Shown here in pieces: positions 57,246-64,000 of a DNA stretch of 64,000 nucleotides; within the stretch, counting starts at the first letter, position 1; every line of letters starts with the position of its first letter. Source of the stretch: Candidatus Krumholzibacteriota bacterium (GTDB lineage Bacteria > Krumholzibacteriota > Krumholzibacteriia > JAJRXK01); assembly GCA_963727455.1 (NCBI GenBank), contig CAVSGG010000007.1, forward strand, positions 96,001 through 160,000, written 5' to 3'. Both the position numbers and the translations under genes were made by a program. Under the pieces are notes generated by a model, which was not told where the DNA came from, ran no database searches, and was given only the letters and a program-made list of their open reading frames with translations.

Positions 57246-59309
57246 ATGGCAGCGCCAAGCGGTCCATGGACCGATTACATCGAGAGTCTTCAGAATACTC
57301 AGGCCTATCGCGAGCAACACTGGGAAGGATCCTTCGAGGACTACCTTGCCATAGTTCACAAGGATCCCAAGGTCATGCGTTCCGCCTATCAGCGGCTCTA
57401 CGACATGATCATCAGCTACGGGAGTGACGAGTACACCGAGTACAAGAAAAAGATCACCCACTACAACTTCTTCAACGATCCCTTCCAGGGCGGACAGGAT
57501 GCGGTCTTCGGGATCGACATCACGCTCATGAAGCTGGTGAACGTCTTCAAGTCTGCTGCCTACCGTTACGGCACCGAGAAGCGCGTGATTCTTCTGCACG
57601 GACCGGTGGGCTCGGCGAAGAGCACGATCGTGAGGCTCTTGAAGCGCGGAGTCGAAGACTACAGCCGCAGACCCGAGGGAATGATCTTCTCCTTCTACTG
57701 GGATCTCAAGGACGTGCCTGGCATGGAGGAACAGGGTTTCGCCTGCCCGATGCACGAGGAGCCGCTGCATCTCATTCCCGTGCACGATCGCGAAGAGGTC
57801 ATGCACAAGCTCATCGGCGATTCTCCCGAACCCTATCCGCTGCGTTGCGAGGGGGAACTCTGTCCTGCCTGCCGCCACACTTTCTCACTCCTGATGGAGC
57901 ACCATGCGGGCGACTGGACCAAAGTGGTGCAGCACGCGCGGGTGAAGCGTCTCATCCTGAGTGAGCAGGATCGTATCGGCATTGGCACCTTCCAGCCCAA
58001 GGACGAAAAAAACCAGGATTCGACCGAACTCACCGGAGACATCAACTACCGCAAGATCGCGATTTACGGCAGCGACTCGGACCCGCGCGCCTTCAACTTC
58101 GACGGGGAATTCAACATCGCCAACCGAGGCATCGTCGAGTTCATCGAGGTCCTCAAGCTCGATGTCGCGTTCCTCTATGACTTGCTGGGCGCCAGCCAAG
58201 AGCACAAGGTCAAACCCAAAAAGTTCGCCCAGACCGACATCGACGAGGTCATCATCGGTCATACCAACGAGCCCGAGTACCGCAAGCTCCAGAACAACGA
58301 GTTCATGGAGGCGCTGCGTGACCGCACGGTGAAGATCGACGTGCCGTACATCACCAAGCTCGACAAAGAAGTGCTGATCTATCGCAAGGACTATTCGGAC
58401 GAAAAGGTACGCGGCAAACACGTGGCGCCGCACACCCTGGACATGGCGGCGATGTGGGCCGTTCTGACTCGACTCGAGGAGCCGAAGAAGGCGAAGCTCT
58501 CCCTCCTGCAGAAACTCAAGCTCTACAACGGGCATTCGGTTCCAGGTTACACGGACGACAACGTGAAAGAGCTGCGCAAAGAGGCCACCCGCGAGGGCAT
58601 GGAAGGGGTCAGCCCCCGTTACGTGCAGGACAAGCTCTCCAATGGTCTGGTGAGCGAGGACATCGAGGGTTGCCTCAATCCCTTCATGGTGTTGAACGAA
58701 CTCGAGTCGGGCTTGAAGCACTCGACCCTCATCACCAACGAAGATCAGAGGAAGCGCTACGCGGACATGTTCATTCAGGTGCGCGAGGAATACGAGAACG
58801 TCGTCAAGAGCGAGGTGCAACGCTCGATCTCGGCTGACGAAGAGGCGATCGGACGACTCTGTTCCAACTACATCGACAACGTGAAGGCTTACACGCAGCG
58901 CGAGAAGGTGCGCAACCGCTACACCGGCCAGGATGAAGAGCCCGACGAGCGTCTGATGCGGGCCATCGAGGAAAAGATCGAGATTCCCGAGAGCCGTAAG
59001 GAGGACTTCCGTCGCGAGATCATGAATTACATCGGTGCTCTCGCGCTGGAAGGCAAAGTCTTCAACTACAAGACGAACGCGAGATTGCAGAGGGCGCTCG
59101 AGCTCAAGCTCTTCGAGGACCAGAAGGACAGCATCAAGCTGAGTACGCTGGTGACCAACGTCGTGGACAAGGAAACTCAGGAGAAGATCGACGTGGTCAA
59201 GGAGAGGCTGAAGCGCAACTACGGCTACTGCGACATCTGCGCCAGCGACGTGCTCAACTTCGTTTCGTCGATCTTCGCACGTGGTGACGTCCAGGAAGAG
59301 TCCCAATAG
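57246..59309 (+). CDS. prkA: PrkA/YeaG family AAA+ serine protein kinase
   Basis: [61 protein letters not shown]. Confidence 0.95.
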   Translation: MAAPSGPWTDYIESLQNTQAYREQHWEGSFEDYLAIVHKDPKVMRSAYQRLYDMIISYGSDEYTEYKKKITHYNFFNDPFQGGQDAVFGIDITLMKLVNVFKSAAYRYGTEKRVILLHGPVGSAKSTIVRLLKRGVEDYSRRPEGMIFSFYWDLKDVPGMEEQGFACPMHEEPLHLIPVHDREEVMHKLIGDSPEPYPLRCEGELCPACRHTFSLLMEHHAGDWTKVVQHARVKRLILSEQDRIGIGTFQPKDEKNQDSTELTGDINYRKIAIYGSDSDPRAFNFDGEFNIANRGIVEFIEVLKLDVAFLYDLLGASQEHKVKPKKFAQTDIDEVIIGHTNEPEYRKLQNNEFMEALRDRTVKIDVPYITKLDKEVLIYRKDYSDEKVRGKHVAPHTLDMAAMWAVLTRLEEPKKAKLSLLQKLKLYNGHSVPGYTDDNVKELRKEATREGMEGVSPRYVQDKLSNGLVSEDIEGCLNPFMVLNELESGLKHSTLITNEDQRKRYADMFIQVREEYENVVKSEVQRSISADEEAIGRLCSNYIDNVKAYTQREKVRNRYTGQDEEPDERLMRAIEEKIEIPESRKEDFRREIMNYIGALALEGKVFNYKTNARLQRALELKLFEDQKDSIKLSTLVTNVVDKETQEKIDVVKERLKRNYGYCDICASDVLNFVSSIFARGDVQEESQ

Positions 59310-59323
59310 CGAAGGCGGCCGGG

Positions 59324-60430
59324 ATGCAGATCAGCCGCATCGATCGTGATCTTCACCGTTTCCAGGACATCGTCCGCGGGCGGATCAAGGAGAATCTGCG
59401 CCGCTACATCTCGCACGGCGAGATGATTGGACGCAAGGGTAAGGACCTCGTCTCCATCCCCGTTCCCAGTATCGACATTCCACGCTTCCGCTTCGGCCCC
59501 AAGGACCAGGCGGGAATCGGTTTCGGCGACGGAGCCGAAGGCCAGCCGGTGCCCGGTCAGGAGGGAGAGGGCCAGGGCCCCGCCGGCGACGCGCCGGGAG
59601 AGCACGTTCTGGAAGTCGAACTCACTATCGACGAACTGGCCAAACTCATGGGTGAGGAACTGGAACTCCCCAAAATCGAGCCCAGGGGAAAGCAACAGAT
59701 CAACTCGGCCCGATCCCGCTACAGCAGCATTCAAATGGTCGGACCGCAGGGCTTGCGCCATTTCAAGCGCAGCTACCGCGAAGCCCTCAAACGCCAGCTT
59801 CAGACCGGCGCCTACGACCCGCTCAATCCCATGGTCATTCCCATCCGGCGTGACATGCGCTACCGCGCTCCGGTAAAAGTACAACAGCCCGCTTCCAATG
59901 CGGTCATCATCTACATGATGGACGTGTCAGGATCGATGGGAGACGAGCAGAAGGAGACGGTCCGGATCGAAGCGTTCTGGATCGACACTTGGCTCAATAG
60001 CCAGTACCAGAACTTGCAGACGCGCTTTCTCGTTCACGATGCCGTGGCACACGAAGTGGACCGTCACACCTTTTTCCACACTCGCGAGAGTGGCGGAACG
60101 AAGATCAGCAGCGCCTATACCATGTGCGCGGAGATCATCGAGAACGAATATCCGCCGAGCGAGTGGAACATCTATCCCTTTCATTTTTCCGATGGAGACA
60201 ACTGGGGCGGCGGCGATACCGAAAAATGTCTCGCTCTCTTGAAGGACACCCTGCTTCCCGCGGTCAATCAGTTCAGCTACGGCCAGGTAACCTCGACCTA
60301 CGGCTCGGGTCAGTTCAAGCGTGAGCTCGACAAGCAGCTCGAAGAAGCGGAGAACCTGGTCACGAGCCAGATCGACACCAAGGATGACATTCCGGACAGC
60401 ATCAAGGTTTTCCTCGGGAAGGGAAGGTAG
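59324..60430 (+). CDS. yeaH: YeaH/YhbH (DUF444) vWA-like protein
   Basis: [37 protein letters not shown]. Confidence 0.92.
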   Translation: MQISRIDRDLHRFQDIVRGRIKENLRRYISHGEMIGRKGKDLVSIPVPSIDIPRFRFGPKDQAGIGFGDGAEGQPVPGQEGEGQGPAGDAPGEHVLEVELTIDELAKLMGEELELPKIEPRGKQQINSARSRYSSIQMVGPQGLRHFKRSYREALKRQLQTGAYDPLNPMVIPIRRDMRYRAPVKVQQPASNAVIIYMMDVSGSMGDEQKETVRIEAFWIDTWLNSQYQNLQTRFLVHDAVAHEVDRHTFFHTRESGGTKISSAYTMCAEIIENEYPPSEWNIYPFHFSDGDNWGGGDTEKCLALLKDTLLPAVNQFSYGQVTSTYGSGQFKRELDKQLEEAENLVTSQIDTKDDIPDSIKVFLGKGR

Positions 60431-60433
60431 GGC

Positions 60434-61945
60434 ATGGCGGGCTTGAGCGAAGATCTCCAGGGATGGAAAGGCAAGATCGAGAAGTACGCGCGCGAGTACG
60501 GACTCGACTTCTTCGAATTGAACTTCGAGGTAATCGACTATCGGCAGTTGAATGAAGTGGCCAGCTACGGTGGTTTCCCCGTTCGCTATCCGCACTGGAC
60601 GCACGGCATGAGCTTCGACCAGCTCAGCAAGGGATATACCTACGGACTCAGCAAGATCTACGAGATGGTCATCAACAATGACCCTTGTTATGCCTACCTG
60701 ATGAAGGAGAACCATCTCGTCGACCAGAAGCTCGTGATGTGCCACGTCTACGGCCACTGCGACTTCTTCAAGAACAATGTCTGGTTCTCGCGAACCGACC
60801 GTCAGATGATCGACACCATGGCAAACCATGCTTCGCGGATCCGCCGCTACATTGGTCGCTACGGGCTGGAGGAAGTCGAGGAGTTTCTCGACCGGTGCGT
60901 CTCGCTCGAGAGACTGATCGACGTTCATTCTGCGTTCTTGAGCAAGAAGCGGATGTCGAACGATGAGACAGCTGCGCCCCAACCGAAACAGGCTCCGCGT
61001 GTGCGTTTCGAAGCCAAGTCCTACATGGAGAGCTTCATCAACGCGAGCGCCGGAATGCAGGAGGAAAGGCAGAGGCGCGAACAGGAGGAAAGGGAGCGAC
61101 GCCCCAAGAAGTTCCCGGAGTCTCCCGAGCGAGACGTGCTGCTCTTCCTCTTGCACCACGCTCCCCTGACCCGCTGGCAGCGCGACATCCTGGGGATGAT
61201 TCGCGACGAGTCCTACTACTTCGCTCCGCAATGGCAGACGAAGATCATGAACGAGGGATGGGCCAGCTATTGGCACTCCAAGCTCATGACGGAAAGAGTG
61301 CTCAACGATTCGGAGATCGTGGATTTCGCCGACCACCACAGCGGCACCATGGGAGGAAACGACTCCCTGAATCCCTACAAATTGGGTCTCTATCTCTATC
61401 GCGACATCGAGGAGCGTTGGAACAAGGGCCGTTTCGGTAGCGAGTACGAGGACTGCGAAAATTACAAGGAACGCAGGAATTGGGATACAGGAGCCGGGAA
61501 GGGGAGGCAGAAGATCTTCGAAGTGCGCACGGTGCACAACGACGTCACCTTCATCGACACTTTCCTTACCGAGGAGTTCGCCCAAGAGAATCGCATGTTC
61601 CTCTACCGCTACGACCTGGAGAAGGACCAGTACGTCGTCGCGAGCCGCGAATTCGCCAAGATCAAACGGCAGCTCCTGGCACAGCTCACCAACGGGGGAC
61701 ACCCCCTCATCTCGATCGTGGACGCCGATTACAGGGGCCACGGCATCTTGTACCTCAAGCACACCTACGAGGGCATCCCACTGGACATCGAGTACGCCAA
61801 GGCTACCCTGGCCAACCTCTTCTCCCTGTGGGGCAAGCCGGTTTGCATCGAGAGCGTCTACCAGGACAAGCCCGTTCTCCTCGAGCACGACGGGAAGGAA
61901 GCCCAGCTCAACAGCCTCGATACCTCGAGTTCCGCCACTGCTTGA
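60434..61945 (+). CDS. spoVR: SpoVR/YcgB family protein
   Basis: GFPVRYPHW, KIYEMVINNDPCYAYL, HVYGHCDFFKNN, TKIMNEGWASYWH, NPYKLG. Confidence 0.95.
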   Translation: MAGLSEDLQGWKGKIEKYAREYGLDFFELNFEVIDYRQLNEVASYGGFPVRYPHWTHGMSFDQLSKGYTYGLSKIYEMVINNDPCYAYLMKENHLVDQKLVMCHVYGHCDFFKNNVWFSRTDRQMIDTMANHASRIRRYIGRYGLEEVEEFLDRCVSLERLIDVHSAFLSKKRMSNDETAAPQPKQAPRVRFEAKSYMESFINASAGMQEERQRREQEERERRPKKFPESPERDVLLFLLHHAPLTRWQRDILGMIRDESYYFAPQWQTKIMNEGWASYWHSKLMTERVLNDSEIVDFADHHSGTMGGNDSLNPYKLGLYLYRDIEERWNKGRFGSEYEDCENYKERRNWDTGAGKGRQKIFEVRTVHNDVTFIDTFLTEEFAQENRMFLYRYDLEKDQYVVASREFAKIKRQLLAQLTNGGHPLISIVDADYRGHGILYLKHTYEGIPLDIEYAKATLANLFSLWGKPVCIESVYQDKPVLLEHDGKEAQLNSLDTSSSATA

Positions 61946-61993
61946 CAGCCCCCTACGCCTCACCTAGCTTCGGCATTGATTGTCATTTTCAAT
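61942..61993 (+). promoter_or_regulatory. Sigma70 promoter followed by a Fur box
   Basis: TTGACA-17 nt-TAGCTT (61942-61970), then the 19-bp dyad ATTGATTGTCATTTTCAAT (61975-61993) over the predicted TSS. Confidence 0.75.
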
Positions 61994-62038
61994 TCGCGAG
62001 GGAACCCTCTGATTTTCCCCTTCGGGGGAGGCTTGGTC

Positions 62039-63031
62039 ATGAACGATACAAAGTCCTCTCCCGCGCGGAATTCCTCCACACTGATCGACGAGTTCCGCGC
62101 CTACCTCTTGCGCGAGAACCTGAAGAGTACGCGTCAACGCGAAGCCATCGTGAATGTCTTTGCGCGCATGGAGGGTCACGCCAGCGTCGAGGACTTGCTG
62201 AAGGCGGTGAGCCGGACGGAGAAGGGCATCGGCTACGCCACGGTGTACCGCACGCTCAAGCTCCTCGTCGATTCGGGTCTGGCGAGCGTGCGGCACTTCG
62301 GGGATGGCGAGAGCCGCTACGAAGTTCGCAGCCCGGAGCACCACGACCACTTGATCTGTACCGAATGTGGTCTGGTCATCGAATTCAAATTACCCGAGGT
62401 CGAGAAGCTGCAGGAGGAGGTGGCGAAGAGGGCCGGGTTTCACCTGGAGAGCCACTGCCACGAACTCTACGGGATCTGCCAAGAAGTCGCGGCTGGCCAA
62501 CCGTGCCGCTTTAACCCGGAGGCGGGAAAGGACACGATTGGTGGACGCCCCTTCAGCGATCAGGGTTCCGTTCCCGCTTCTTTCGAACGCCGTTCGGCCG
62601 AGAGCCTTCCCAGCGCCTTCCGCAAGTACCTCGCGCGCGAGCAACTGAAATCCACCCGGCAGCGTGACCTCATCGCGGAGGTCTTCTCCAAGCTGGAGGG
62701 CCACGTCAGTGTCGACGACTTGCTCGCGGAAGTGAAACGCCGGGATCCGCAGATTGGCTATGCCACGGTCTACCGTACTCTGAAACTCCTGGTCGATTCC
62801 GGGCTCGCCGCCAGCCGGAGCTTCGAGGGCGGGCGCACGCGCTATGAGACTCGCGGCCTGGAGCATCACGATCACATGATCTGTCAAAAAACCGGCAAGA
62901 TCATCGAATTCCGCAACGATGAGATCGAACAGCTGCAGGAGAACCTTGCCAAGAGCTTGGGCTTCAAACTTCTCCGGCATCGCCACGAGCTCTACGGCTA
63001 TCTCGAAGCTGCGGCCCCCCCGGAAAACTGA
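62039..63031 (+). CDS. Tandem Fur-Fur metalloregulator (two complete Fur domains in one chain)
   Basis: Two copies of LKSTRQR..GYATVYRTLKLLVDSGLA..HHDH(L/M)IC..H.HELYG. Confidence 0.9.
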   Translation: MNDTKSSPARNSSTLIDEFRAYLLRENLKSTRQREAIVNVFARMEGHASVEDLLKAVSRTEKGIGYATVYRTLKLLVDSGLASVRHFGDGESRYEVRSPEHHDHLICTECGLVIEFKLPEVEKLQEEVAKRAGFHLESHCHELYGICQEVAAGQPCRFNPEAGKDTIGGRPFSDQGSVPASFERRSAESLPSAFRKYLAREQLKSTRQRDLIAEVFSKLEGHVSVDDLLAEVKRRDPQIGYATVYRTLKLLVDSGLAASRSFEGGRTRYETRGLEHHDHMICQKTGKIIEFRNDEIEQLQENLAKSLGFKLLRHRHELYGYLEAAAPPEN

Positions 63032-63057
63032 AGCGGCGCAGGGGCGAGGAGACACGA

Positions 63058-64000
63058 ATGTCCGCGAGCAGGGGTTTGCAGTGGGTCGAGGTCGAGACGG
63101 AAGTTCTGACGCGAAATTTGCGCGCCTTCGCCAAACACCTTCCGGCAACTACCGCGCTGGCTCCGGTGGTGAAGAGCAATGCCTATGGACACGACCTCGA
63201 ACTCGCGGCGCGCGCGTTCGCTGCGGGAGGAGCGTCCTGGTTCTGCGTCCATTCCTTCGATGAAGCCACCCGGCTGGCCAATCTTGCCCTCGGCCAGCGC
63301 ATCCTGATTTTGGGACCTTTGAGCGATCAGGAACTCGTGGAGGCGATCGAAGCCGGTTTCAACCTGACGGTCTATGACGCACAGCGTCTGCGGGATCTCG
63401 CCGCGGCGTCGGCGAAGAGCGGCTATCCAGCCAAACTTCACCTCAAAGTGGAAACAGGAACCTGGCGGCAGGGGGTGACGCGCGGAGAACTGGCGGACTG
63501 TCTCGCGGTGATCAAACGTGAAGCCGGACTCGAACTCGCCGGTGTTCACAGTCACTACGCCAACATCGAAGACACTACCGATCACAGTTACGCGGAGGAA
63601 CAATCACGCGTTTTCGAGGAGATCTTGGCTGAAATCGAGCGCGCCGGACTCCATCCCCAGTCGATTCACATGAGCTGCAGCGCGGCCGCGATTCTCTTCC
63701 CCGCGCGCTACATGGATCTCGCGCGCATCGGAATCTCGGCCTACGGCTATTGGCCCAGCTCGCCCACGCTGGTCTCAGCTCGCAGGGGATCCTCGACAGA
63801 GGAGCTTGCCATCAGGCCCGCCCTCAGCTGGAAAGTCAGAGTGGCGCAGCTCAAGACGGTGCCGGCGGGTTCCTACATCGGCTACGGATGCACGGACAAG
63901 GCCGAGGTCGATACCCGATTGGCCCTGCTTCCCGTCGGATACGCGGATGGCTATTCGCGGAACATGTCGGGGCGCGCCCACGTGCTATTGCAGGGCAAAC
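63058..64000 (+). CDS. alr: Alanine racemase (3' truncated at the window edge)
   Basis: Not in the ORF track. Read manually: MSASRGLQWVEV...APVVKSNAYGH, HLKVETGTWRQG, HSHYAN, ARIGISAYG, IGYG, PVGYADGY. Confidence 0.93.
   Translation, partial: MSASRGLQWVEVETEVLTRNLRAFAKHLPATTALAPVVKSNAYGHDLELAARAFAAGGASWFCVHSFDEATRLANLALGQRILILGPLSDQELVEAIEAGFNLTVYDAQRLRDLAAASAKSGYPAKLHLKVETGTWRQGVTRGELADCLAVIKREAGLELAGVHSHYANIEDTTDHSYAEEQSRVFEEILAEIERAGLHPQSIHMSCSAAAILFPARYMDLARIGISAYGYWPSSPTLVSARRGSSTEELAIRPALSWKVRVAQLKTVPAGSYIGYGCTDKAEVDTRLALLPVGYADGYSRNMSGRAHVLLQGK

Noticed and set aside
60434-61945. spoVR as evidence of sporulation
   Set aside because: SpoVR/YcgB is widespread in non-sporulating bacteria together with prkA and yeaH.
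59927-61963. Long antisense ORFs (this 678-aa one, 22995..24542, 39964..41577, 57885..59306 and others)
   Set aside because: Typical stop-poor shadow frames opposite well-conserved genes in high-GC DNA; no motifs of their own.

Overview
GC-rich chromosomal window (roughly 60-65% GC by eye) from a diderm bacterium. A C-terminal 'SSWGRVKSLF' motif, porX-tsaE synteny and a very long LptD suggest the FCB group (Latescibacterota/Krumholzibacteriota/Eisenbacteria-like); this is inference. Most of it is housekeeping: HU/IHF, ltaE, trkAH, split NAD synthetase, rsmI, tmk, ctpA, an ABC exporter, mpg, an M16 protease pair, pyrEF, serS, a PorX/PorY-like pair, tsaEB-rimI, accD-folC, a ROK kinase, LptD, reverse trans-sulfuration genes, prkA-yeaH-spoVR and alr. 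I saw no mobile element, CRISPR array, tRNA or rRNA. Signals the ORF track misses or splits: (1) a sigma54 promoter driving a structured ~175-nt candidate sRNA just downstream of a giant TPR-bearing sigma54 activator and a small secreted protein; (2) an in-frame UGA with a SECIS-like hairpin that joins two ORFs into a UshA-like selenoprotein-tetraheme cytochrome c; (3) a tandem Fur-Fur protein with a Fur box over its own promoter; (4) a C9-tract frameshift in a probable outer-membrane protein; (5) a second candidate ncRNA at 24.7 kb; (6) a membrane glycosyltransferase-VanY fusion.
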